From an uncultured delta proteobacterium (GTDB lineage: Bacteria; Desulfobacterota; Desulfomonilia; UBA1062), in NCBI GenBank assembly GCA_963785235.1, contig CAWAUM010000005.1, positions 416,001-480,000 on the forward strand: a stretch of 64,000 nucleotides of DNA, written 5' to 3'. Within the stretch, counting starts at the first letter, position 1. Every line of letters starts with the position of its first letter. Under the pieces are notes generated by a model that saw only the letters and a program-made list of their open reading frames with translations, was not told the origin of the DNA and did no database searches. The translations under genes and the position numbers were made by a program. This document shows positions 20,418 to 29,659 of this stretch, piece after piece.

Positions 20418-20827
20418 AGCTCTTCAATAATGAAGAGCTGGTCTCCATACCCTACTCTATCACCATCACGTTTGAGTATGGCCGCAACAGTCCCGTCTAC
20501 ATGTGACTCTATCTCATTCATGAGCTTCATGGCTTCGATAACACACAGGACCTGGTTTTTGGCCACCCGGTCCCCTACCTGTATATATGGAGATGTCTCC
20601 GGGGATGGAGACCTGTAGAACGTTCCCACCAGTGGTGATGTCACGGTGACGGTGTGTTTTTCCTTCATACCTATACTGGACCGGTCATTGTCCTGATGCC
20701 GTGAAGGGGTTGCTTCATACTGGGTGGATCTACGGATAATATGTATTCGTTCAGGTGTCCAATCCAACTCTACTACGTCGGTATCCTTTATGAGTTCAAT
20801 AAGATCCTTCACGTTCTTAATGTTCAT
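20414..20827 (-). CDS. accB: Biotin carboxyl carrier protein
   Basis: SPLVGTFYRSPSP, IEAMKLMNEI biotinylation motif. Confidence 0.95.
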   Translation of the reverse strand: MNIKNVKDLIELIKDTDVVELDWTPERIHIIRRSTQYEATPSRHQDNDRSSIGMKEKHTVTVTSPLVGTFYRSPSPETSPYIQVGDRVAKNQVLCVIEAMKLMNEIESHVDGTVAAILKRDGDRVGYGDQLFIIEEL

Positions 20828-21391
20828 TCAACTTACTCGCTCAATATAGTTCCCTGTCCTGGTGTCTACTTTGACCACTTCACCAGTGCCGACAAACAAG
20901 GGAACTTGAATGGTAGCACCAGTCTCCAGTTTGGCAGGCTTCGATCCACCGGAGGCAGTATTGCCTTTCAGACCCGGGTCGGTTTCCACAATCTTAAGAT
21001 TGAGAAACATGGGAAGCTCAACGCCGATGGCCTTGCCGTTGTGCAGGAGTACCTCCACCTCGACATTCTCTTTGATATAACCGAGCGCCTCCTCCATCTG
21101 AGTCTTTGTGAGTGTCATCTGTTCGTAGGTCTGGGTGTCCATGAAGCAGTATCCCGTCTCATCCTGGTATAGAAAAGACATCTTTTTTTCTTCAAGGTCA
21201 GGAACATCCACCTTATCACCGGAGCGAAAAGTCTTGTCCAGGACGTTACCTGATATAAGGCTTTTCATCTTGGTCCTTACAAAGGCCCCACCCTTGCCGG
21301 GTTTCACGTGCTGAAAATCTACTATGGTAAAGGGTTCACCATCGATCTCAATCTTCAAATTTTTCCTGAACTGTGCTGTTGAATACTGCAT
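20828..21391 (-). CDS. efp: Elongation factor P
   Basis: HVKPGKGGAFVRTK, KPAKLETGA, VPLFV, KVDTRTG. Confidence 0.98.
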   Translation of the reverse strand: MQYSTAQFRKNLKIEIDGEPFTIVDFQHVKPGKGGAFVRTKMKSLISGNVLDKTFRSGDKVDVPDLEEKKMSFLYQDETGYCFMDTQTYEQMTLTKTQMEEALGYIKENVEVEVLLHNGKAIGVELPMFLNLKIVETDPGLKGNTASGGSKPAKLETGATIQVPLFVGTGEVVKVDTRTGNYIERVS

Positions 21392-21403
21392 GTATCTTCA
21401 CCT

Positions 21404-22465
21404 CTAGATGATGTTTCTTATGGTTTCCTTATCAAGATTTGTTAGAAGCTTGCAAGAATTATCTGTTATGAGTGCCATGTCTTCGAGTCTAATGCCGAAC
21501 CGGCCAGGCAAATATACACCGGGTTCAATTGTGATGACCATGCCCTCCTCCAGTGTATCTTCAGACAGTGACGATACAGACGGGGCCTCATGGACCTCCA
21601 TGCCTACCCCGTGACCTAGCCCGTGACCGAAAAAGTCCCCCAGTCCGTGTGTATTAAGGTAATCACGAGCTATCCGGTCAATGTCAGAAGCCTTCACACC
21701 AGAGGTTAATGCCTTGATGGAAAGCGCCTGCGCCTCTTTGACCCTTCTGTATGATTCTTTAAAATCCCCTTCAATATGTCCTGTAGTAACCGTGATTGTC
21801 TGGTCCGAGCAGTAGCTTTTATAGACACATCCAAAGTCGATTATCACCACTTCATTCTTGTCGATTACCTTGTCTGAAGCAGCACCGTGTGGCATAGCAG
21901 AACGTGGACCGGAAGCGATGAGGAGCTCGAAAGAGGAAGCGCTCGCACCACGTGTCCTCATCTCCCATTCAAGGTCTAAGGCAACGTCTTGTTCCCTACG
22001 TCCGATTATCCCTTTGGCAAGTACGGATTGCAAGGCCTTTTCCGAAATACGTGCAGCCTCCGTTATTAGATCAAGCTCTTGGGCATCCTTAATGGTGCGC
22101 AGTGTCTTGAGCTGACCTCCCAGAGGTGTCATTTCAATGCCCTTGTAGAGATCCTTCATCTTGATAAAGCTGTCGACATCCAATAAGTTCGACTCGATCC
22201 CCAAGGTCTTCACACCCTCTTCGAGCAGTATTGTATAGATGCCTTCCCAACGTCTGGTTATCTCAACGACTTGCGCCTGGGTCTCCTGCCTGGCCTGGAG
22301 GGTGTTTCTGGAATCCACGAATAGGAAGTCCTTGAATTCAGTAAAAACATAAACTGCATCCGAGCCGGAATAACCGCTCAAGTAGGTTATGCTGGGTCTG
22401 GACAGCAACAGGATGGCATCCAGCCCCTTGAGAAAGTGGCGGGCCCTACTGAGCCTTTTTTCCAT
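21404..22465 (-). CDS. Xaa-Pro aminopeptidase (M24B)
   Basis: IDFG, YCSDQT, HGLGHGVGMEVHE, TIEPGVY, GIRLED. Confidence 0.95.
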   Translation of the reverse strand: MEKRLSRARHFLKGLDAILLLSRPSITYLSGYSGSDAVYVFTEFKDFLFVDSRNTLQARQETQAQVVEITRRWEGIYTILLEEGVKTLGIESNLLDVDSFIKMKDLYKGIEMTPLGGQLKTLRTIKDAQELDLITEAARISEKALQSVLAKGIIGRREQDVALDLEWEMRTRGASASSFELLIASGPRSAMPHGAASDKVIDKNEVVIIDFGCVYKSYCSDQTITVTTGHIEGDFKESYRRVKEAQALSIKALTSGVKASDIDRIARDYLNTHGLGDFFGHGLGHGVGMEVHEAPSVSSLSEDTLEEGMVITIEPGVYLPGRFGIRLEDMALITDNSCKLLTNLDKETIRNII

Positions 22466-22892
22466 AAAGTCCCCATATAGCCTCAACAGCAAGCTCATAA
22501 CCTAGAGGACCGAACCCCGATATACTGCCCGCTGCGATATCGGAAAAATAATTGATCTGGCGGAACTGCTCCCTTTCAGCAACCCTGCTCAAATGCACCT
22601 CAATGAAAGGGAGGCTTACAGCAAGCAGGGCATCCCGTAAGGCCACCGAGGTATGGGTGTATCCTCCCGGATTTAGAATGAACGCATGTATGCCCGACGC
22701 CGGGGCCTTCTGTACTTTATCGATAAGATCACCTTCATGGTTCGATTGGAAAAAATCTACTTCGATCCCTATGGTGAAGGCCTTACGCCTGATGATACCT
22801 TCAAGGTCATCAAGCGTTGTGGTGCCGTATATGGATGTTTCCCTATGGCCAAGCATATTCAGATTTGGTCCGTTGATTACCAGGATCTTCAT
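22446..22892 (-). CDS. aroQ: Type II 3-dehydroquinate dehydratase
   Basis: NGPNLNMLG, QSNHEG, NPGGYTHTSVALRDA, EVHLS. Confidence 0.97.
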   Translation of the reverse strand: MKILVINGPNLNMLGHRETSIYGTTTLDDLEGIIRRKAFTIGIEVDFFQSNHEGDLIDKVQKAPASGIHAFILNPGGYTHTSVALRDALLAVSLPFIEVHLSRVAEREQFRQINYFSDIAAGSISGFGPLGYELAVEAIWGLYGKKAQ

Positions 22893-23419
22893 TTTTTCAA
22901 CCTCTCAAGCCAGCCATGCAGGGTTTTCATAATATAGAGGTTCTGCGTATTACCGGCATCCTGCAGGGCTGTATCATCAAGCCCGGTAATGCTACCGACC
23001 TGAGCATAGATATCGAGTGCCTGCTCATAATGTCCCTGTTGAGCGTATATTTTAGCAAGCTCAAGGGAAGGCTCCTTCATAAGCATCTCTGGGACCTCTT
23101 GCTGCTCTAGCATATCCCTTGCCTCATCATCTTCAGGATGAAATGCAAGATACTTCTGGAGGTATGCCTTGGCCTGCAGAACATCTTCTTTCTGATTGTA
23201 GATGAGGGCTAGATAATAAAACGACTTCATTAAACCTTCGGCTTGGCCTGCAACCTTGCCCAAGATGTCCAGCGCCTCGCCTTCCCTGCCAAGCTTGAAT
23301 AGCGAAATCCCCAGCAGTAGCCTGTCTTCAGGATTTCTACGGTATTTGGCTGCCCGGACAACGTCCAGTAGCCTGCCCTCTTCAAAGGCTATCTTCACAT
23401 TCTCTGATAAACCGGCCAT
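22889..23419 (-). CDS. Tetratricopeptide repeat protein
   Basis: TPR-like helices (YYLALIY...YLAFHPED; LAKIYAQQGHYEQALDIY); overlaps both neighbours in the operon. Confidence 0.8.
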   Translation of the reverse strand: MAGLSENVKIAFEEGRLLDVVRAAKYRRNPEDRLLLGISLFKLGREGEALDILGKVAGQAEGLMKSFYYLALIYNQKEDVLQAKAYLQKYLAFHPEDDEARDMLEQQEVPEMLMKEPSLELAKIYAQQGHYEQALDIYAQVGSITGLDDTALQDAGNTQNLYIMKTLHGWLERLKK

Positions 23420-24941
23420 AAGCACCTAATATTTGAGAACCAGTGAGCTTTTTAATGGTAGCATCGCCGATGGATGGAGTCAATACAAAGTGAATTCCAT
23501 CCTGCTCTCCTTTTTTGTCCATAGCAATGGCACTACATATCTCATCTGATTGAGGATATTGAAGTTCTTGAAGGGAATAGGTCCATTTTTTAATCAGTCG
23601 GAATATCCTTTCCATCTCCTTTACCTCGATGAGGCCGAGCTCATGTGATAACCAGGAAGCAAAAAACATCCCCCCAGCCACGGCCCTGCCATGGCTTGTT
23701 TTATAATTCCGGGAAAGCTCCATGGCATGCCCTAAGGTATGGCCGAAGTTGAGTATCCTCCGCAGGCCGCCTTCCCTTTCATCCCGGCTAACAACAAATG
23801 CCTTATCGCGAGCACATCGGGCCACGATCTTCTCATAATCAGGGGTATTCACGGATTCAAGCTCATCAAAGAGATCCTTATCCATGATGATGCCATATTT
23901 AATAACCTCGGCCATGGCATCCTTAATATGAGCAGGGTCCAACGTTGAAAGAAATTCTATATCACTGAGCACGAAAAGAGGCTGATGAAAGGTCCCCACA
24001 AGGTTCTTGCCATGCTTGACATCAATGGCAGTCTTGCCGCCGATACTTGAATCCACCTGGGCCAGCAGTGTGGTGGGGATCTGTACCACCGGGATGCCAC
24101 GCATGAAAATACTCGACGCAAAGGCCGCCAGGTCTCCAGTAACGCCGCCTCCCATGGCAAGACAGAGCCATTGCCTGTTTGCCTGGACTGAGAACATCTC
24201 GTCCAATATCCTTATCAGGGAGGAAAATGACTTTGATGATTCGCCGGAAGGTATTGTTATAATGTGGTGTTTCAATCCTGCAATCGAAGAACGGATAAGC
24301 TCGCCATAGTACATGAGGACTTGTTCATCTGCGAGCACCAGAATGCCTTCGGGATGGATGTGACGGGCAATATATTTCCTAAGGTCCTTGAAGATGCCCC
24401 TGCCGATATAAATGGGGTAAGGGTTGACCTGGGTAAGGACTGACTCGGGTTCTATGGATGTGTCTATCAGACTGAAAAGTTCCTGAACAACTTCATGGGG
24501 CGACCTTCCATCCGTGTCTATGATGGTATCGGCATCTTCATAAGCGGGTGTCCTTTCAAGGAGAAGGCTTCGCGCTTTTTCGGTCCACAATGGTCTGCCA
24601 GAGTCTTTAGGGACCCTTTCTGCGAGATTTTCAAAGGTGGCACGCAGATATACAATATGGCCACAGGCCTTCATGATTGCCCTGTTCACAGGATTTACCG
24701 GGAGCCCGCCCCCTGTTGCCACAACTGCTTTATGATCCTTGCCTACAACATCGATCAGTGCCTCGTGTTCGAAGATTCTAAAAACAGCCTCACCTGCACT
24801 TGAAAAGATCTCACCTACAGTTCTGCATGCCTTTGTAGTGACATGTTCGTCGAGATCGATGAATGGACGGCTGAGAAGTTCAGCGAGTCTTCTGCCTACC
24901 GTAGTCTTCCCTGACCCCATAAAGCCGGTAAGGAAGATCAT
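23382..24941 (-). CDS. aroKB: Fused shikimate kinase / 3-dehydroquinate synthase (AroK-AroB)
   Basis: N-terminal GFMGSGKTT, GEAVFR, ATGGG; C-terminal GGGVTGD, PTTLLAQVDSSIGGK, LNFGHTLGHA; one continuous ORF. Confidence 0.95.
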   Translation of the reverse strand: MIFLTGFMGSGKTTVGRRLAELLSRPFIDLDEHVTTKACRTVGEIFSSAGEAVFRIFEHEALIDVVGKDHKAVVATGGGLPVNPVNRAIMKACGHIVYLRATFENLAERVPKDSGRPLWTEKARSLLLERTPAYEDADTIIDTDGRSPHEVVQELFSLIDTSIEPESVLTQVNPYPIYIGRGIFKDLRKYIARHIHPEGILVLADEQVLMYYGELIRSSIAGLKHHIITIPSGESSKSFSSLIRILDEMFSVQANRQWLCLAMGGGVTGDLAAFASSIFMRGIPVVQIPTTLLAQVDSSIGGKTAIDVKHGKNLVGTFHQPLFVLSDIEFLSTLDPAHIKDAMAEVIKYGIIMDKDLFDELESVNTPDYEKIVARCARDKAFVVSRDEREGGLRRILNFGHTLGHAMELSRNYKTSHGRAVAGGMFFASWLSHELGLIEVKEMERIFRLIKKWTYSLQELQYPQSDEICSAIAMDKKGEQDGIHFVLTPSIGDATIKKLTGSQILGAYGRFIRECEDSL

Positions 24942-26071
24942 AGGCCCTCCCAGAATTTCCTGTGCCCGTCAAAAGACTTTTTAAGAGCATCCATACTGGG
25001 CTGATTATAGCTCTCGATGATGGTGCAAGACACTGCAATGATAGCCATGGCCTCTCCTACCACAGATGCTGCAGGTACAGCGCACACGTCCGAACGTTCA
25101 TAGCTTGCCTGAACCGCCTTACCGGTGCGCATGTCAAAGGTAGGCATACCCTTCTTGAGGGTGGGGATGGGCTTCATTGTGCATTTGATTACTACCGGTT
25201 CACCATTGGTTACACCACCCTCCAGGCCGCCTGCGTTATTGGATGACCTGGTCTTGGGCCTAGTAGACCGGATGGGGTCATGGATCTTTGATCCCGGCAG
25301 TTCACCGCACGCGACACCAGCGCCGATCTGGATGGCCTTGATGGCCGGGATGGACATGAGATACATGGACATCAGGGCATCCAAGCGTTGTTCCCATTGG
25401 GTGTAAGATCCGATACCGGCAGGCAGGCCTTCAACCACTACCATGAATTCACCGCCAATGGTGTCGCCTTGTGAAGCTATCTGGTCGATGACATGCTCCA
25501 TTTCCTGTGTAGATTCCTCGTCCGGGCAGAAAACGCTTGATCTATCCCTCTTCAGCTGATCGAAGGGGCCTTCATAGGTCGATGTTCCGATCCTGGTCAC
25601 CCATGAATAGGCATTGATATCAAGGCAGGAAAGAAAAGAACGCAAAAAACCTCCTGCGGCTACCCTTCCGGCTGTCTCACGGGCACTGGAGCGTTCGAGC
25701 ACATTCCTCAGATCCGTGTGTCTGAACCTTGCGGCACCTGCAAGATCTGCATGACCGGGCCTGGGTGTATGGAGTTCCTTTCCCGGGATTATCTCCCACG
25801 GGTCCATGTATTCCTTCCAGCTATCAAAATCCCTGTTCCAGACAGCCAGGAGCACCGGGCTCCCCAATGTGACTCCCCCTCTGACGCCTGACAACACATC
25901 CACCATGTCAAGCTCGATGGACATACGGGGACCCCTGCCATATCCCTTCTGGCGCCTTGCAAGATCGGCATTGATGGTGTCTCTATTCACCGCAAGCCCT
26001 GCCGGCAATCCGTCAAGGAAAGCAAAGACACCCCTGCCGTGGGATTCACCTGCTGTATAAAAGTGAAGCAT
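24938..26071 (-). CDS. aroC: Chorismate synthase
   Basis: TAGESHG, PRPGHAD, ERSSARET, GGLEGG, MKPIPT, ERSDVC. Confidence 0.98.
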   Translation of the reverse strand: MLHFYTAGESHGRGVFAFLDGLPAGLAVNRDTINADLARRQKGYGRGPRMSIELDMVDVLSGVRGGVTLGSPVLLAVWNRDFDSWKEYMDPWEIIPGKELHTPRPGHADLAGAARFRHTDLRNVLERSSARETAGRVAAGGFLRSFLSCLDINAYSWVTRIGTSTYEGPFDQLKRDRSSVFCPDEESTQEMEHVIDQIASQGDTIGGEFMVVVEGLPAGIGSYTQWEQRLDALMSMYLMSIPAIKAIQIGAGVACGELPGSKIHDPIRSTRPKTRSSNNAGGLEGGVTNGEPVVIKCTMKPIPTLKKGMPTFDMRTGKAVQASYERSDVCAVPAASVVGEAMAIIAVSCTIIESYNQPSMDALKKSFDGHRKFWEGL

Positions 26072-26102
26072 GAAACCTCCAAACCAATTTCAATTGGGCA
26101 TG

Positions 26103-26132
26103 ATTATCGTGGATGAAGGCCGGGTTTGTCAA
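26103..26132 (-). promoter_or_regulatory. Putative sigma70 promoter of the aroC operon
   Basis: TTGACA-18 nt-GATAAT upstream of a GGAGG RBS. Confidence 0.55.
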
Positions 26133-26205
26133 CAGAGCTTAAAGAGAAGCGCTCAGCAATCAGCTATCAGAAAAAGCTTACTGCTGACAGCCAATAACCA
26201 AGGGG

Positions 26206-28107
26206 CTAAAAACTCACCTTTGCCGCAAACCGGTATGTTCTCCCTTGAACAGGATACCAGGAAGTACCCCAAGAAGATTTGTACACGTATTCTGGAGATC
26301 GGTCATCCAGAAGATTATCCACCTTGAAGGAGATTGTAGCTTCCTTGCTCACCTCGAGCAAGGCACCGGCATTCACGATGTAACGGTTATCGGTACGCTC
26401 TGTGTTGGCGTTGTCCTCGTATGTGCCTTGCCGGAACTGATATGAAAGAGAAAACGTCGCATTTCTGCCTGCAATTTCCGGCAAATAATCCGCCTGGACA
26501 TTGAGCACTTGAGAAGGCTTCTGACCGAGATCTTTCCCTTTGTATGGACCGCTTTCAAAGGTATTGTGACTCAGGATGTAATTAGTCGAAATTTTAACCA
26601 AGCTTATGGGTGCTACCCATGCATTTGCCTCCATGCCGGATGATTTGGCCTTATTGACGTTTACATAGGTAAATGTGTCGGCTGTAGGGTAATCAGCCTT
26701 AATGAGGTCTGAATAAGTGGTAAGGAAATAGTCCATGCTAAAGCCATAGGTGTTCATGGAAATGCATGGGCCGATGTCAAAGCTGAATGAATGCTCGGGC
26801 TTGAGATCCGGATTAGCAATGAAGGTGCTGCCCGGCCATGAAGGGGCATATAGCTTGCCCATATCGGGCACAAGATATCCGGTGCCCGCATTGGTCTTGA
26901 GCTGTAGATGGTCGAAGACCTTCCATGCAGCGCCTGCATGGTATGACCATTGGTCATTGAAATCCGAGTTATTGTCATATCTGCCTGTTAACTCGAGAAA
27001 AACCGGCTGAAAATCCATACAGGCTGATAAGGAACCGGTGCCGGTGCTGCGTGAGTGTATACCGTAATCGTCGCTGCTCATTCTCTCATTAAGATATTCC
27101 ATACCCGGGGTCAGTGTGACAAAACCAAATTTGCCTGAATAAGATACAGAAAGATTTTTGTTTGTAAGTTTTGTCGTATTATTACCCGAAGATGGTCTCT
27201 CGTTATGGATTCTGTCGGACAAAATCCATGCGCGGGCATTGAACGTTTGATCCTGGGCAAAGGCCTTTTTGGTTTCGAAAAGGATCGTGTTCTGGATAGT
27301 GTCAGTTCTGTCATCAGGTGTAATGTAGCCGGGTTCGGCCCCAGGCGACCCCTTGGACTGGTCGATGAAGTTGCCTGTAACGGAGCTCTTCCAGTCCTGT
27401 TCACCAAAAACGGCCTTGATGAGGCCCGTGGTGTTTTTTATGTCGTTGTTTTCCCTTCGTGTCCATGTGCCGTCATCTTTTTTGTAACGGAAGTCATTGT
27501 CTGCAAAGGCATGGGTGAGGTTAGCCAGGATACCCACCTGGCCGGCATGGGTGCTTACATGGCCGTGATAGAGGCCGTATCCATAGGTCCCCTGGGATGA
27601 GTAAAGATTGTATTCATCCATGGGAGAGGGGTTCTCTGTAACGAGGTTGATGACCCCCCCCATGGCCGAGTTACCGAAGGCTGCACTGTTGCTGCCTTTG
27701 ATAATCTCAATCCGGTCTAGGTCAGGAAGCATAAATTGCGAAAGGTCTACCATATCTCCTGTAATTGGATTGAGCGGTATGCCATCAAGGGTGATGAGGG
27801 TCTGCCGGTAGCTGGAACCGCGCAGTGTTACCGGGGATGTTGTGGCTCCGCCGTAGTCGGAGAGGTCAACCGATGCTGCCTTGCGGAGCGCCTCACTCGT
27901 ATCGATGAGGCCTGAGGATTCAGGTCCCGGGATGACTATATCGGTAAATGCAGTGGGCGCCTTTTTCGTTGCCGAATCCTTGTCCTTGCTTCCCATTGTG
28001 GGAGTGACAACGATGAGGATGTCTGAAGCTGCCTGGATGGAGCTGTTCATGAATGCTATAGCAATGAGGATTGAAGCAAGGAGCCGGGATACTTTGTGAT
28101 AGTCCAT
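26206..28107 (-). CDS. btuB: TonB-dependent receptor, BtuB-like (probable cobalamin uptake)
   Basis: Plug motifs LRGS, LDGIP, RIEIIKG...GGVINLVT; LKPE; C-terminal GRTYRFAAKVSF; cobalamin riboswitch upstream. True start ATG 28107 after GGAGG; the ORF-track extension runs through the riboswitch. Confidence 0.85.
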   Translation of the reverse strand: MDYHKVSRLLASILIAIAFMNSSIQAASDILIVVTPTMGSKDKDSATKKAPTAFTDIVIPGPESSGLIDTSEALRKAASVDLSDYGGATTSPVTLRGSSYRQTLITLDGIPLNPITGDMVDLSQFMLPDLDRIEIIKGSNSAAFGNSAMGGVINLVTENPSPMDEYNLYSSQGTYGYGLYHGHVSTHAGQVGILANLTHAFADNDFRYKKDDGTWTRRENNDIKNTTGLIKAVFGEQDWKSSVTGNFIDQSKGSPGAEPGYITPDDRTDTIQNTILFETKKAFAQDQTFNARAWILSDRIHNERPSSGNNTTKLTNKNLSVSYSGKFGFVTLTPGMEYLNERMSSDDYGIHSRSTGTGSLSACMDFQPVFLELTGRYDNNSDFNDQWSYHAGAAWKVFDHLQLKTNAGTGYLVPDMGKLYAPSWPGSTFIANPDLKPEHSFSFDIGPCISMNTYGFSMDYFLTTYSDLIKADYPTADTFTYVNVNKAKSSGMEANAWVAPISLVKISTNYILSHNTFESGPYKGKDLGQKPSQVLNVQADYLPEIAGRNATFSLSYQFRQGTYEDNANTERTDNRYIVNAGALLEVSKEATISFKVDNLLDDRSPEYVYKSSWGTSWYPVQGRTYRFAAKVSF

Positions 28108-28169
28108 TTGGACACCTCCATGGAATATTCCCTTGGAGTCTCCACCCAGGCACGCGGGTGTAGTCCGGA

Positions 28170-28325
28170 CTACGGATAGGTCTTCTGGCTTACGGATCAT
28201 AGAGGCGGCCTTGCCTTCCCGCATATGCAGTGGCGTGCATCGGCCTTCCCTCCCCGTTCACAGCGGCGGCCCCACCCCGGAATTTCACCGGGTTCCCTTG
28301 AATCCGCAGCAGGGTTTGCGATCAA
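28170..28325 (-). ncRNA. Cobalamin riboswitch
   Basis: Reverse complement contains AAGGGAACCCGGTGAAATTCCGGG...GCCGCCGCTGTGA...GCCACTG...GGGAAGG...AAGCCAGAAGACCT (B12 box). Boundaries approximate. Confidence 0.93.
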
Positions 28326-28414
28326 TATCAGATGGTATATGGACTGTCAATATCTGAAGCGGCTGATACAATTTGCCTCTTGCCCTTCCGAAAATAATCT
28401 GCTATATACAGGTT

Positions 28415-28486
28415 ATGATTACAGTTTCAGCACACAGTTTTTATGGCTATTATTTTTGGTTTAGGAAGTGGCCGCCTGTGGGCTGA
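28415..28486 (+). CDS. Aromatic-amino-acid attenuator leader peptide (23 aa, MITVSAHSFYGYYFWFRKWPPVG)
   Basis: Read directly from the sequence: 3 Phe, 3 Tyr and 2 Trp codons, seven of them within eight consecutive codons; lies upstream of DAHP synthase and is followed by a terminator. Confidence 0.85.
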   Translation: MITVSAHSFYGYYFWFRKWPPVG

Positions 28487-28505
28487 GCTGTTCGTAATCG
28501 AACAC

Positions 28506-28545
28506 AAAGGCTGTGGGTGGTCACCTTCCCACGGCCTTTTCATTT
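28506..28545 (+). terminator. Attenuator terminator upstream of DAHP synthase
   Basis: AAAGGCTGTGGG-10 nt-CCCACGGCCTTT then TCATTT; ends 50 nt before the GTG start. Confidence 0.8.
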
Positions 28546-28595
28546 GTGGCCTCCAGGAAGTGACACACACGGCATAAAAAGTTAAGGAGGCTAGT

Positions 28596-29615
28596 GTGAT
28601 CATTTCAATGAAAAAGAGTGCCACTCAAGAACAGATCGACCATGTCAAGATCCTTATCGAGTCATTCGGATACCGGGTTCACGAGAGCATAGGATCGGAA
28701 AGGGTAGTCTTCGGGGCTATCGGCGACGAGAGAGGCAAAGAGAGGCTCACATGCCTCGAAGCACAGCCTGGCGTTGAGAAGGTTATCCGCATACTCACCC
28801 CATACAAGCTTGCTTCCCGCGAAACCAAGCCGGAGTCCACCATTGTTGACATTGGAATGGGCGTAAAGGTCGGCAACCACCGCATTGCCATCTTTGCCGG
28901 TCCATGCGCAGTAGAATCAAGAGAACAGATCATGGAAGTGGCCAAGACAATCAAAGAAAGTGGCGGTCATATATTGAGGGGTGGTGCCTTCAAACCGCGG
29001 ACCTCTCCATACGCCTTTCAAGGTTTGAAGAATGACGGTCTCTTGCTCCTGTCTCAGGCAAGGGAGGAATACGGGATCCCCGTTGTGACCGAGGTCATGG
29101 ACATTGCAAGCATTGAGGTTATCCTGGAGAATGCTGACTGCCTTCAGATCGGAGCCAGAAACATTCAGAATTTCCAGCTTCTTAAGGAAGTGGGTAAGAC
29201 AAACAAGCCGATATTGCTCAAGCGAGGCATGTCTACAACCATCGAAGAGTTACTCATGTCAGCCGAATACGTGATGGCCGCAGGCAACAGCCAGGTTATT
29301 CTCTGCGAGCGTGGAATCCGTACCTTTGAGACAGCAACACGCAATACCCTGGATCTCTCTGCCGTGCCTGTTCTGAAGGAGAAAACCCATTTGCCCGTCA
29401 TCGTAGACCCATCACATGGTACCGGACATGCCCGCTATGTGGAGGCCATGTCGTATGCTGCTATCGCTGCTGGAGCTGACGGGCTCATGATCGAGGTCCA
29501 TCCGAAACCCGAAGAGGCACTGTCAGACGGTCCCCAGTCCTTACGGCCTCAAGAGTTCAAAAAGGTCATGGATGGAATCAAGCTCATTGCACAGGCTGTG
29601 GGCAGGGATATATGA
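28596..29615 (+). CDS. aroF: DAHP synthase type I-beta with N-terminal ACT-like regulatory domain
   Basis: [48 protein letters not shown]; AAGGAGG RBS. Confidence 0.96.
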   Translation: MIISMKKSATQEQIDHVKILIESFGYRVHESIGSERVVFGAIGDERGKERLTCLEAQPGVEKVIRILTPYKLASRETKPESTIVDIGMGVKVGNHRIAIFAGPCAVESREQIMEVAKTIKESGGHILRGGAFKPRTSPYAFQGLKNDGLLLLSQAREEYGIPVVTEVMDIASIEVILENADCLQIGARNIQNFQLLKEVGKTNKPILLKRGMSTTIEELLMSAEYVMAAGNSQVILCERGIRTFETATRNTLDLSAVPVLKEKTHLPVIVDPSHGTGHARYVEAMSYAAIAAGADGLMIEVHPKPEEALSDGPQSLRPQEFKKVMDGIKLIAQAVGRDI

Positions 29616-29659
29616 TAGGCTTGCAATTTGCCGGGTGAATCACTACTATAGGCTATAGT

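Noticed and set aside
28108-28624. N-terminal extension of the TonB receptor ORF to 28224 and small ORFs 28225-28464 (+) and 28427-28624 (-)
   Set aside because: They run through the riboswitch and attenuator; the receptor has a good RBS and signal peptide from 28107.
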